The notes under the pieces: model-generated
What the model was told of the DNA's origin: nothing
Database searches by the model: none
The model's input: the letters and a program-made list of their open reading frames with translations, nothing else
NCBI GenBank assembly: GCA_963815195.1
Contig: CAWFGE010000012.1
Span: forward strand, 896,001 to 960,000
Source: an uncultured Planctomycetaceae bacterium
Lineage (GTDB): Bacteria > Planctomycetota > Planctomycetia > Planctomycetales > Planctomycetaceae
Direction of reading: 5' to 3'
DNA length: 64,000 nucleotides
Translations under genes and position numbers: made by a program
Shown: piece after piece, positions 29,979-40,048 of the stretch
How positions within the stretch are numbered: the stretch's first letter is position 1
Layout of the letters: each line of letters starts with the position of its first letter

Positions 29979-31686
29979 GTGTCCGCCCCATCACCAACGC
30001 AACGCATTCTGGTTTTAGGATCGACCGAGGGAGCGCCCTCGCCCCTGTTGGACCGTCTCAAATCCGACCACGATTTCGTGGTTCCCGAATCGATCGCCGC
30101 GGGTTTGGAAAATCTCAAAGACGACAAAATCGCCGGGGTCTTGTTTCTGGGGCACGAGTTTCCCGCGGCCGGCGGGCTGTTGGAAACGGGCGGGGTGCTC
30201 GAGGAGATTCCCGACGCCGTGGTCCTGGTGGACATCAACCTCACCATCCTCTGGTCGAACCGCCGCCTGAACGAACTGGCGAGTTGCGACGAGAACCTGG
30301 TGGGCAAGGGCTTTTACGACACCTTCGGCTCGCCGGAAATTCTGGGGCCGGATTTCTGCCCGTTCCACACGGCTCTCGGCTCCGGCGAATCGGCAAGAAG
30401 CACGCTCAGGGTGGGCGAGAAGTCCTACTTTGAAGTCCACGCCAAGCCCGTCTTCGACGAAGACGAAATGCCGAATTTTCTGGTCGTGATCGTCCGCGAC
30501 GTTTCGATCGAAGTGCTCCAGCGGCAAAAGCTCAATGCGATTTACCATGCGGGGCTGGAACTCGGCGATCTGGCCCCGCATGAGCTTTTGGAGATGTCCG
30601 TCAGCGACCGCATCGAACTCTTGAAGTCCAAGATCCTGCACTACACGCAGGATCTTTGGAATTCGACATGGTCGAAGTCCGCCTCGTCGACAAGCGGACC
30701 CGGCAATTGGAGCCGCTGTTGGCTTATGGCATGCAGCCCGACGCCAGCGACCGCGTGCTGTATGCCGAGGCCCAGGGCAACGGCGTGACCGGCTTCGTCG
30801 CGGCCACCGGAAAGAGTTACCTCTGCGAAGACACCGGGAACGATCCGTTGTATCTGCCCGGCACTGCGGCGCCCGCAGCTCGCTCACCGTGCCTTTGATT
30901 CTGCACGAGGAAATCCTGGGCACCTTCAACGTCGAAAGTCCGCGGCCGGGGGCGTTCAACGAGAACGACTTGCAGTTTTTGGAGCTGTTCAGCCGGGAAG
31001 TCGCGGTGGCCCTCAACACGCTGGAGCTGTTGGTCGCCGAGAAAATGACGAGCGTGACGCAGAGCACCGAGCAAATTCTGCACGAGGTCGCGCATCCGGT
31101 GGATGAGATTCTCAACGACGCCGCGTGGATTCTGGAGCGCTACATCGGCCACGAGCCGAACGTTTCGGAACGCTTGCTCCGCATCCTCAAACGCACGCGG
31201 GACATCAAGCAGCTCATCCAAAAAGTCGGCGAGACGATCGCCCCGGAAGGCGCGAAAGGCTCGTTGCCGCTGCGTCCCGAACGCCCCAAGCTTCGCAGCA
31301 AACGGATTCTGGTCGTGGACAGCGACGATTCCGTCCGCCGGGCCGCCCACGAACTCTTGGGGCGGTTTGGCTGCGAAGTCGAGACCGCCCACAACGGCGA
31401 AGAAGCCGGCCTGATGGTCCGCAGTTTTCCTTACGATGCCGCCATCGTCGATATTCGCCTCACCGACATGACCGGCTACGAATGCTTCCAGCAGTTGCGA
31501 AACACCGCGCCCAACCTGTCCGTGATCTTGATGACGGGCTTCGGCTACGACCCCACCCACTCCATCGTCAAAGCCCGCCAGGAAGGTTTGAAGTCGGTCC
31601 TTTATAAGCCCTTCCGGCTCGACCAACTGCTCACCGAGGTCGAAAAGTCTGTCTCCGACGAAGTCGCCGGCAGTCCCGCGTCGTAA
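29979..31686 (+). CDS. PAS-GAF-receiver signalling protein, frameshifts near 30657 and 30868
   Basis: PAS-like 'DAVVLVD...CPF'; GAF 'NGVTGFVAATGKSYLC...PLI..EILGTFNVES'; receiver 'ILVVDSD...IVD...MTG...KPF', in three successive frames. Confidence 0.85.
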
Positions 31687-31960
31687 ATCCGAAGCACCAA
31701 ACCCGAAATCCGAAACAAATTCAAAACCCCAAATCCAGTACTTCCAAAAAAGCTCAGGAAATTGGTTCGGTTTTCAAGAGCCGCGCACGAAGTCAGCGGT
31801 TTTCAGAGCCGCGCACGAAGTCAGCGGTTTTCAGGGACACAGACCGCTGACTTCGTGCGCGGCTCAGGACCAATTTGGGGACTCGATGTCCAGGGTTTGG
31901 AGATTGGAACTTCGGTCATTGGAATTCGTTTCGGATTTCGAGATTCGGATTTCGGATTTT
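31685..31960. repeat. Element with heptamer-periodic inverted arms (AAATCCG / CGGATTT) containing a nested, partly duplicated REP
   Basis: Left arm 31685-31735, right arm ~31893-31960; AGAGCCGCGCACGAAGTCAGCGGTTTT occurs twice inside. Confidence 0.75.
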
Positions 31961-34900
31961 AGCTGATCGTGAGATCGTTGATGTCGCCCAATGCGTCGAA
32001 GGGCTCGGCTTCTTCGATGCGGGCGGCCTCTTCGCCGGGACGGAGTTGCCCGCTGACCCAGGCGAGCCAGCCGTCCGACGGCCGGCCGTAGGGGCGGAAT
32101 TTTTCCGTCGTGCCTTGGTCGTCGCGATAGAGAATCGCCCGGTGCTGCCCCAATCGGCTCGCGGCGGGGTTATCGATCAGGCTGCTGGAGTCGCCCGCGC
32201 TCATCTGAAACGCGACCCGCATTTCAAACTCGCGAACAAGTTGCCGGCCCAGTGCGCGGTCCACATTATTGAACGAGTTGGACCACAAGATGACATGCAC
32301 CCCCACCGCGGCCCCTTCGCGGAGAATCTCCCCGAACAGCTGGCTGGGCGTTTTGGGTTTGTCCCGGTTGCCGAATCCGCCCAGGCCGAAATCGTCGTCG
32401 GACTTCGCAAGCTCGCGGTAGCGGGATAGATCGAATACCACCACGAACACCGGCGGAAAGGCTCGGCCCGTGGCTTCCTGTCGGCGGGTGATCTCTTCGC
32501 GAATCGCCGCGAGCGTTTCCCCGACCGCGTGGAAATCGACCGTTTCAATTCGATGTGGCACCGCGTCGCAAACCCGCCGCCAATCGTCCTCGGCCGCGGC
32601 TTCTCCGGCGTGGCCGTTCAAAAGATACGCCAACGGCAGCGGATCGTCTTCCGCTTCTTGGGTGGCCGGAACCTGCGCCGCCAAACCGACAAGGCAGGTG
32701 GTCATCAAACCCGTCGCGGGCGGCATGTCGGTGCCCACGATCAGCAAATGACTCGCCGGCTGCGGGCGGAAACTCACGGCTGTGGAGCGAGTGATCGAAA
32801 CCGGCTCGCCGATCCAGCCTCGAACAACCGCGGGCGGCGAACCGGGATCGAGTTCGCGCGCGGATTGGATTTGCTCGCCGAGCGCCAGATTGCGAGCCGG
32901 GTCCGCGGGGAGATTGCCTTCGAAGACGATCACCGGTCCCGCAGGCAGACCTTCGGCTTTCGCGCGATCATAAAGTGGCCTGAGGAGTTTGTCGCGTTCG
33001 TCATCGCCGAGCCAGGAAATCTGAAACAGGCTGTTGCCTTCGAGCATGCCGTTGGCATCGTTGTAAATCGCTTCGCCGGGCCGGGTCAAGAGGCGGGCGG
33101 CGGTGTTGTCTTCGCTCAAAATCAAATGGGCGTCGGTCTCGCTGCATTGCAGAGCGATCCGCACGGCCATCTGGCTGACGGTCGTCCGCGCCAGAGAATA
33201 CGCCCCGCCCAAAGTTTGCGATCCCAAGAGCACGTGAATCCCAAACGCCCGCCCCTGCCGAACCAGCCGGTCCAACAGCAGCGACGCCGTCTGATAAACG
33301 CGGTCGTCCTCGGTGAAGAATTCTTGAAACTCATCGACGACTAAAAGAATGCGGGGCATGGACACATCGGGGACGTTATTGCGGAAACTTTGAATGTCCT
33401 GCACGCCATGCTCGCGGAACAATTCGGCGCGTTCTTTCAAAATGCCGTCCAGGCGTTCGAGCACGCTCACGCCGAACTCGCGGTCGCTTTCGATGGCGAT
33501 CACGCGGGCGTGCGGCAGTTTGAGCGTGGCATAGGTTTTGAACTCCACGCCCTTCTTGAAGTCGATCAGATAAAACTCGATCTCGTCCGGGCTGTAATTG
33601 AGCGCGAGGTTCGTCACCAAGACATGCAGCAGCGTCGATTTCCCCGAGCCGGTTTTCCCCGCGACCAAGACATGCTGCGATGTGCCCAGGCCGAGTGCGA
33701 GGTGTTGGAGTTTCGTCGCCCCGGACCGCCCGAGGGCGACATCCACCGTCCGCCGACTGTCGGACTTCCACACGCGGTCTTCGTTGGGGCAGATGCGATA
33801 GAACGGCACTTCCACGCGGCGGATCGATCGCGACAACTCGCCCAGCTTGCGGACGAGGTTCGTAAACTCGCCCGGCTCCGGCGGCGGATCGGGAACCAGC
33901 GGCACCGGCAGGTTGCCGAGGTCGTCGGACACAAAACTGCCCTGGTCCCAGCGAAAGACCGTGGCGTTCGCTTCGACATCGGACAACTGAAACCCGCGGG
34001 GCATCTGCTGGCGGGTGTCGACGCTCATCAACAGATACACGCCGCACCGCGGCCCGCTGGAGGCGATGCTCGCCAACCGCTGGGCCGCCCGTTCGCTGAA
34101 GCCCTGCGGAAAGCCCGCCACGACCAAAATCCGATAAGGCTCCGCGACTTCGCCGGCTTTCTGGTTGTATTCCTCGATCGTTTCAAATTCGTTCCGCAGG
34201 TATTTCTGGAACACGTTTTCCAGGTGCTCGGTGAGCTTGGCGAGCTGCTCTTCGATGTGGGCCGTCTCTGTCCAGATGCGGTTCGTGATGAGCAGTTCAT
34301 CATAATCGGCAAGATGCATAAACGCCGAGAACGGCTCGCCCAAGCCCACGGGATCGCAAATCGTCAGCCGCACCGTCGCCGGCGGCAGCGAGGACATCAA
34401 CCGCAATAGCGCGGCTTGCTGAACGGCAACCGCTTCGCCGCGCCCGCCGGCCGCCGTCTTCAAAACAAACGACGGCGAATGCGGAAAGGGCAGCACCGCC
34501 GGCAGCGAAAACGCCGATTCGCCCGGCGGACGTAACTCCGCATCGCTCGGCAAGCCATGGGGGATGCGGTTCAAATCCAAAACATACGAACCGATGCGAA
34601 TGCCTTCAGGAATTTCCGTCGGCGGCTGCCAGCTTTCTTCCAAGATTTCCGACCAGCTCGCAAATTGCTGCCGGCTTTGTTCGCCGAAGGCTTCGGTCTG
34701 TTGCCGAATTTGATCGACCGCCGCGGTCCAAGCCGCTTGCATTTCCGTTTTACACTCCGCGATCTGGCGGTTCTTTTCCGCCTGTTGCCGGGAAAGTTCG
34801 CTCGCCAGCCGATCGCGCTCGGCCTGATAGAATTGGTGAATCCGCGCGAGTTCCTGTTGATGCCAACCGTCCGCCGCGGTGCGTGCGCCGTCGCGGCTTT

Positions 34901-36023
34901 CGTTCGCGGCTTTGAGCTGTGCGGAGCGAGTGGATTCGATTTGATCGAGCCGGCTTTTTCGCTCCGCCTTCAATTGGCTCTGTCTTTCATCGCGTTCGTG
35001 GGTGAACCGATTGAGCGAATTCTCCCGGTGCCGGATCAAGGCTTCGTAGCGCTCTTCGCAGGTTTCCTCCATGCGGGCGAGTTCGGTCTTGGCGAACTTT
35101 CGCCATTGCTTGTAGTTCTGGTAGGCATCGCTGACGTGCACGCGAAACGGCGCGAACGCCTCCCACGTTTTCCGCGAGGCGACAAACCACATCACCATCA
35201 GCACGAGCGAACTGAAAGCGAACGTGACGCCGGCACTGATCAAGGCCCAGGCTTTGGGCGAGACGTTTTTGAGGCCGATCCATTCCGGCTGGACCAACCC
35301 CGCCAGCACGCCGAACGGCAGGAGCCACAACAAAAGGCCCAGCCAGATAATCCCCGTGCCGGACAACAGCCGGGCGAGAACCTGGCTGTTTAAGCGGGCA
35401 TATTCCGCGCGGGCTTCGCGGGCGGCTTCGTCGAATCGTTTTTGGGCCTCTTCGCGGTTGGGGCCGGGACCTTCTTCCAGCACGACCGGCTCGGTCCGGA
35501 AATGCCTGCGGTCTTTGACCGTCTCGACGGCTTTGTTCGAGAACTCGTTGAGTTCCTCCCAATCGGAAGACAGCCGCTCCTCAAGCCGCTCGATCTGCGT
35601 CTTGAAAGTTTCCAGCTGCCTTTTGGGATTGTCCTCGGCGGTCTCATCGACGAGCGACGTCATGATCCAGCGGTTCTCGTCGTATTGGCTTTCAATCCCT
35701 TTCGTCTCGCGGTGGAAATGATCCTGCACCTGCGACTGATCCCGGCGGGCGGCGGATTCCGCGGCCGCGGTCTCGGCCTCAAAGCGGCTTTCGATCTCCG
35801 CGACCGCTTGGGAGTATGCCTCCTCCGCGGCGGTGCGGGCTTCCTGCTCCTGGGCTTCAAGCGATCCCAAGTGGTCCTGGACTTCCACCGCATCGAGATC
35901 TTCGGGGTGCTCTTCGGACGCTAGCTCCGCCAGCCGGCACTCCGCCGCCGAGCGCTCCGCGATCGCCGCCTGAAGCGATTCCAACAGGTCCGAATACAGT
36001 TCACGGCAAAACGGCGTATTCAA
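31959..36023 (-). CDS. FtsK/SpoIIIE ATPase of EssC/EccC-like architecture
   Basis: 1354 aa: coiled-coil N terminus with 2 TM helices; central 'HVLVAGKTGSGKS', 'LIDFKKGVEF', 'LVVDEFQE', 'RQGRAFGIH'; degenerate flanking ATPase-like domains. Confidence 0.92.
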   Translation of the reverse strand: MNTPFCRELYSDLLESLQAAIAERSAAECRLAELASEEHPEDLDAVEVQDHLGSLEAQEQEARTAAEEAYSQAVAEIESRFEAETAAAESAARRDQSQVQDHFHRETKGIESQYDENRWIMTSLVDETAEDNPKRQLETFKTQIERLEERLSSDWEELNEFSNKAVETVKDRRHFRTEPVVLEEGPGPNREEAQKRFDEAAREARAEYARLNSQVLARLLSGTGIIWLGLLLWLLPFGVLAGLVQPEWIGLKNVSPKAWALISAGVTFAFSSLVLMVMWFVASRKTWEAFAPFRVHVSDAYQNYKQWRKFAKTELARMEETCEERYEALIRHRENSLNRFTHERDERQSQLKAERKSRLDQIESTRSAQLKAANESRDGARTAADGWHQQELARIHQFYQAERDRLASELSRQQAEKNRQIAECKTEMQAAWTAAVDQIRQQTEAFGEQSRQQFASWSEILEESWQPPTEIPEGIRIGSYVLDLNRIPHGLPSDAELRPPGESAFSLPAVLPFPHSPSFVLKTAAGGRGEAVAVQQAALLRLMSSLPPATVRLTICDPVGLGEPFSAFMHLADYDELLITNRIWTETAHIEEQLAKLTEHLENVFQKYLRNEFETIEEYNQKAGEVAEPYRILVVAGFPQGFSERAAQRLASIASSGPRCGVYLLMSVDTRQQMPRGFQLSDVEANATVFRWDQGSFVSDDLGNLPVPLVPDPPPEPGEFTNLVRKLGELSRSIRRVEVPFYRICPNEDRVWKSDSRRTVDVALGRSGATKLQHLALGLGTSQHVLVAGKTGSGKSTLLHVLVTNLALNYSPDEIEFYLIDFKKGVEFKTYATLKLPHARVIAIESDREFGVSVLERLDGILKERAELFREHGVQDIQSFRNNVPDVSMPRILLVVDEFQEFFTEDDRVYQTASLLLDRLVRQGRAFGIHVLLGSQTLGGAYSLARTTVSQMAVRIALQCSETDAHLILSEDNTAARLLTRPGEAIYNDANGMLEGNSLFQISWLGDDERDKLLRPLYDRAKAEGLPAGPVIVFEGNLPADPARNLALGEQIQSARELDPGSPPAVVRGWIGEPVSITRSTAVSFRPQPASHLLIVGTDMPPATGLMTTCLVGLAAQVPATQEAEDDPLPLAYLLNGHAGEAAAEDDWRRVCDAVPHRIETVDFHAVGETLAAIREEITRRQEATGRAFPPVFVVVFDLSRYRELAKSDDDFGLGGFGNRDKPKTPSQLFGEILREGAAVGVHVILWSNSFNNVDRALGRQLVREFEMRVAFQMSAGDSSSLIDNPAASRLGQHRAILYRDDQGTTEKFRPYGRPSDGWLAWVSGQLRPGEEAARIEEAEPFDALGDINDLTIS

Positions 36024-36072
36024 AAGCAGCCTCGGTCTCTGAAATCAAAATCGGTCAAGAAATGAAAGGATT

Positions 36073-36302
36073 GGGACCACGAAACACACGAAAGACACGA
36101 AAAAAAAGGAGGATTTGTCACGGATTGTTTCTATTCATTCAAACCGCGGATCACGCGGATTGGCGCGGATAAAATCAAAACTCGCCATCAACACGAATCG
36201 CCCGCGCATGGAAAGTTTGCAACATTGAGATTTCAGATTTGTTTCGGGTTTCGAGATTCGGATTTCGGATTTTTTCGTGTGTTTCGTGTATTTCGTGGTC
36301 CC
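36073..36302. repeat. Composite intergenic element with ACACGAAA / TTTCGTGT inverted arms
   Basis: Arms 36073-36105 and 36270-36302; nested ACCGCGGATCACGCGGAT and a heptamer half-element. Confidence 0.75.
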
Positions 36303-36309
36303 TCTCAAA

Positions 36310-36537
36310 TCAGTGCGGATCGCAATCGCGGCTGGCTTGTTTGAGGATGTCGTCGAGATGCCCGATCGCGGCGATCATCTTGACGAGTTCGTTTTTGAGC
36401 GGGATCAAATGCTTCTCCTCGATATTCCGGCTGTTGGCATCCCGCCAGACTTCCGTCGTCTCCGCCCAGATTCGCTCCAACGTCTCGCCGGCGTCTTGAA
36501 GCTGATCGCGCCCGGTGTCCAGATTCACCATTCGCAT
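36310..36537 (-). CDS. Small WXG100-like protein
   Basis: 75 aa, helical, central W-R-D; RBS GAGGA. Confidence 0.75.
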   Translation of the reverse strand: MRMVNLDTGRDQLQDAGETLERIWAETTEVWRDANSRNIEEKHLIPLKNELVKMIAAIGHLDDILKQASRDCDPH

Positions 36538-36538
36538 G

Positions 36539-37114
36539 TTAATCCTCGGATTTTTCTTTGGGTTTAGGCTTGGGTTGTTCAGCGGCTTCGGGTTCAGGAG
36601 CCGAGGCCGAGCCGGCGGGTTCTTCCGCGTTAATGCCGTGGCCCAGGTAGGATTCCAGGGACGCCAAGGTGCGTTCCAAGAGGGCGGCGGTTTTTTCCAC
36701 GTCGCTGTCGAGATACAACTTCAACCGCCCGGATTGGGCGCGGAACTCGTCAATCACGCGGTGCAGCCGGACCGACCAGCGGCCGACGGCTTCGATCTTT
36801 TCGCGGGCGTATTCCTGCCGGCCTTTGGCGGCGGCGAGGGCTTCTTTCTCTTCGTAACAACTCGGCCGGTGATCGGCGACCGTTCGCATCCGGCAGGTGT
36901 CGTAAGCCGTCCGCGCCCGAGCCACCTCGTCATAGGACCGGCGGACCTGCTCTTTCCAATAGTGGGGGGCGTCGTAATCGTACCAGGCCAGCACCTTGGA
37001 CACTTGCTGATCCAAAGCCAGGAGGGCATTTTCCGCCTCACCCTGAAACACGCGCACCGCCCGATAAAACCGTTCGACGGCTTCCACAGAACTCACGCGG
37101 GCGGCGTCACTCAT
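36539..37114 (-). CDS. Helical coiled-coil protein of the WXG100/FtsK operon
   Basis: MSDAARVSS...; lies between two WXG100-like genes; P/E/K-rich tail. Confidence 0.8.
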   Translation of the reverse strand: MSDAARVSSVEAVERFYRAVRVFQGEAENALLALDQQVSKVLAWYDYDAPHYWKEQVRRSYDEVARARTAYDTCRMRTVADHRPSCYEEKEALAAAKGRQEYAREKIEAVGRWSVRLHRVIDEFRAQSGRLKLYLDSDVEKTAALLERTLASLESYLGHGINAEEPAGSASAPEPEAAEQPKPKPKEKSED

Positions 37115-37148
37115 TTCGGTTTTCCTTTCTCCCAATCATCCTTTGTGG

Positions 37149-37330
37149 AAAATCCGAAGCACGAATCTCGAAATCCGAAACAAATTCGAAATCCCAAATT
37201 TGAATGCCCAAAACCCGTCCTTTGCCAATCTCTGATGTAAAGGAGATCCCGCCAAATTGCAGGGTTTGGACCTTTGGAATTTCCGTCATTGGGATTTGTT
37301 TCGGATTTCGAAATTCGGATTTCGAATTTT
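37149..37330. repeat. Heptamer-periodic inverted-arm element (same family as 31685-31960)
   Basis: AAATCCGAAGCACGAATCTCGAAATCCGAAACAAAT...ATTTGTTTCGGATTTCGAAATTCGGATTTCGAATTT. Confidence 0.8.
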
Positions 37331-37361
37331 TGGCTGAGTTCGTTCTGTTTGTTCCAGAACG

Positions 37362-37634
37362 TCAGCGTTGTTGTAGGTATTCTTCGATGCGTTCCGCTTT
37401 TCGCAAGAGGAACGGAATATGCTCTTCGTTGACTTCGATGAACCGGGCCATCAGTTTGATGTTTTGTTCGAACTCCTCGCGGAACCGCTGGTTCTCCTGA
37501 TCTCGCCACGTGGCGGAGAGGGACTCCAGCCGGCTCGACAGCGTCGCCATCTGATCGGTGAGGGCGGTGTCGAACTGTTTGAGCATCTGGGCGAACTGCC
37601 GGAGTTCTTCGGGGTTGACGATGGCTTGAGACAT
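37362..37634 (-). CDS. WXG100-family type VII secretion target
   Basis: 90 aa; MSQAIVNPEELRQFA...ATWRDQENQRF (WRD in place of WxG). Confidence 0.88.
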   Translation of the reverse strand: MSQAIVNPEELRQFAQMLKQFDTALTDQMATLSSRLESLSATWRDQENQRFREEFEQNIKLMARFIEVNEEHIPFLLRKAERIEEYLQQR

Positions 37635-38357
37635 AAACGTATTCCCATCCGAAAAAACAACAACGAAACCGCGTAAAACTTGCAGACTTTCCCGCCTTTC
37701 ATTGTAGGGCCTCGGCGGGGAAACCGTAGGGAGAAAAAAATTTTGGCGGCGATCCAACAGGTTCTCGGCAAAAGCAAACATAGGTTGATGGATTGATGCG
37801 GGGAGCCGATTTTTCTCGGCTGCGGAGGCCCACGACGGGCGGGCTCGTGATTCCCCTGATCCCGTCATCGAGCAAATCCCGTTCGACGAACCGGCGGGCT
37901 TTGGTTCTAATCCCGCCCCTCCAAAATGGTCGGCCGATTATTCCTCACGATGAGAAAGGTTGGCGAAGATGGCAACTGCCAAAAATGTGTCAGGGAGGAC
38001 GCAATGCTCAAGCATGAAGAGACCGTTTAGGTCACGCTGGTCGGCATCATGGGGCGGCGGTTGACCAGGCAAACTGCCGCAATTGGAGAATGTCCGCGTT
38101 GCTCGCAAGTTCGCCGGGGAGTCCTTCCGATACCTTTCCCTGACTGCTCGCCCCGCCTTGCTTTCCCAGTCGCAAAAACGGATGGATCAACCGTCGCGGC
38201 GGGGGCGTCTCACGTCCTGTCTCTCCTGGCCATTCGGCACGCGGGCCAATACGAAATTGGATGTCGTCCCGGCCGGCACCTTATGCCGGCGTCTTCATCT
38301 CTCGGCTCTCATTTTGGAATGGGCAGGGCCGCCCCGTTCCAGTAAGGATTTCGCTTA

Positions 38358-39584
38358 ATGGAAGGTATAGCACTGCTCGCCGGCGCCACGGGGCTCTTGG
38401 CGAGTTTAGGGTGCCTGGAGGCCTTTTGGCATCGCAGGCATCGCTGCGGCATTCCCCTCCGCATTCACGTCAACGGCACGCGGGGCAAATCCAGCGTGAC
38501 GCGGCTGATCGCCGCGGGTCTCCGCTCCGCGGGGCTTCGCACGTGTGCCAAGACCACCGGAACGCTCCCGCGGTTCATCCGCCCCGACGGAACCGAGGAA
38601 GCCATCGAACGCGTCGGGCGAACGAACATCATCGAGCAGGTCCACATCATCCGCAAAGCCGCCGAACTGGGCGCGGAAGCGGTGGTGCTCGAATGCATGG
38701 CCCTGCACCCGCTGCTTCAATCGCTGTGCGAACTCGACATCGTGCGGGCCACGCACGGCGTCATCACCAACGCCCGTCCCGATCACTTGGACGTTATGGG
38801 CCCCACGCCCGCCGACGTCGCCCGGGCCCTCGCCGGGACGGTCCCGGTCAAGGGGCTTCTGTTTACCGCCGAACGCGATCCCCGCCAACTCTGCATTCTG
38901 GGAGAGGTGGCAAGAGACCGCGAATCGCAATTCAAAATCGTGGCCGACGCGGACATCGACCGCGTGACCGCGGCGGAACTCCAGGGTTTCTCGTACATCG
39001 AACACCCGGACAACGTCGCCTTGTCCCTCAGTGTCTGCCAGTCGCTGGGCATCGACCGGAAGACCGCGCTACGCGGGATGTGGCAGGCGGCTCCCGATCC
39101 CGGCGCGATGTCGCAATGGACCGTCGAGCAACACAGCCGGCGGATGACTTTGGTCAATGCGTTCGCCGCCAACGATCCGCAATCGACCGACCGCATCTGG
39201 CATTTGGCCAATTCGATGAACACCGAAGCCGACACGCGGATCGCCGTCGTCAACTGCCGCAGCGATCGCCCGGAACGCTCGGTGCAGATGGCCGAGATGT
39301 GTGCCCGCTGGACCAACCTGGACACGGCGTTTGCCATCGGCACCGGGACGGAAGTCTTCCTGAAACGCGCGCTCGCCAGCGGGTTTTCCGCCGTCCGCCT
39401 TCAAGCCGCCGAACGCCAGCCCGCCGAGACGCTGTTCAACAAGCTCCGCGACGTGTCGGGCCGATTGGGGCTCATCATGGGCCTGGGCAACATTGCCGGC
39501 GTGGGAATGGAACTCGTCGAGCTCTTCCGCAGCCGCTCCCAGAATTTCGTTTCTACCATTCATCCACGCAAGGAGGCTGCCTAA
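38358..39584 (+). CDS. pgsB: Poly-gamma-glutamate synthase PgsB/CapB
   Basis: 'IHVNGTRGKSSVTRLIAAGL', 'KTTGT', 'ECMAL', 'NAFAANDP'. Confidence 0.95.
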   Translation: MEGIALLAGATGLLASLGCLEAFWHRRHRCGIPLRIHVNGTRGKSSVTRLIAAGLRSAGLRTCAKTTGTLPRFIRPDGTEEAIERVGRTNIIEQVHIIRKAAELGAEAVVLECMALHPLLQSLCELDIVRATHGVITNARPDHLDVMGPTPADVARALAGTVPVKGLLFTAERDPRQLCILGEVARDRESQFKIVADADIDRVTAAELQGFSYIEHPDNVALSLSVCQSLGIDRKTALRGMWQAAPDPGAMSQWTVEQHSRRMTLVNAFAANDPQSTDRIWHLANSMNTEADTRIAVVNCRSDRPERSVQMAEMCARWTNLDTAFAIGTGTEVFLKRALASGFSAVRLQAAERQPAETLFNKLRDVSGRLGLIMGLGNIAGVGMELVELFRSRSQNFVSTIHPRKEAA

Positions 39585-40048
39585 TGGATCCTGTGACAAT
39601 CTCCATCGGCACGGGGCTGATCGTCAGCCTCACGCTTACGGAACTTTTCGGACTCGCGGCGGGCGGCATGGTCGTGCCGGGCTATCTCGCCTTGTACCTC
39701 GACCGCCCGATGACGATTCTCCTCACACTCGCGGCCGCGTTTTTGACCTGGGCCGTGGTGAAGGGCCTGTCCCGCGTGGCGATCATCTACGGCAAACGCC
39801 GGACGGTGCTGATGATCCTCGTCGGCTTTCTGATCGGCTTCGCCGCCCGGTTTTTGCTGATTCGCTTCGGCGGCGAACCGGACGCGGCGTCCTTCGCGAA
39901 TTTTCAGATCGTGGGCTACATCATCCCCGGCCTGATCGCGATCTGGATTGAACGGCAGGGCCTTTTGGAAACGTGCTGCGTGGTGCTCACCGCCAGTGCC
40001 GTGGTTCGGTTGGTTTTGATGGCCCTGGGCCTGGAGGTGCTGGCATGA
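39584..40048 (+). CDS. pgsC: PgsC/CapC
   Basis: 'GLAAGGMVVPGYLAL', 'YGKRR', 'GYIIPGLIA'; TAATG coupling to pgsB. Confidence 0.95.
   Translation: MDPVTISIGTGLIVSLTLTELFGLAAGGMVVPGYLALYLDRPMTILLTLAAAFLTWAVVKGLSRVAIIYGKRRTVLMILVGFLIGFAARFLLIRFGGEPDAASFANFQIVGYIIPGLIAIWIERQGLLETCCVVLTASAVVRLVLMALGLEVLA

Noticed and set aside
37990..38340. Possible c-di-GMP riboswitch upstream of pgsB (GGTCACGC...GGCAAAC)
   Set aside because: I could not build the conserved stems and tetraloop/receptor; an Infernal/Rfam scan would decide.
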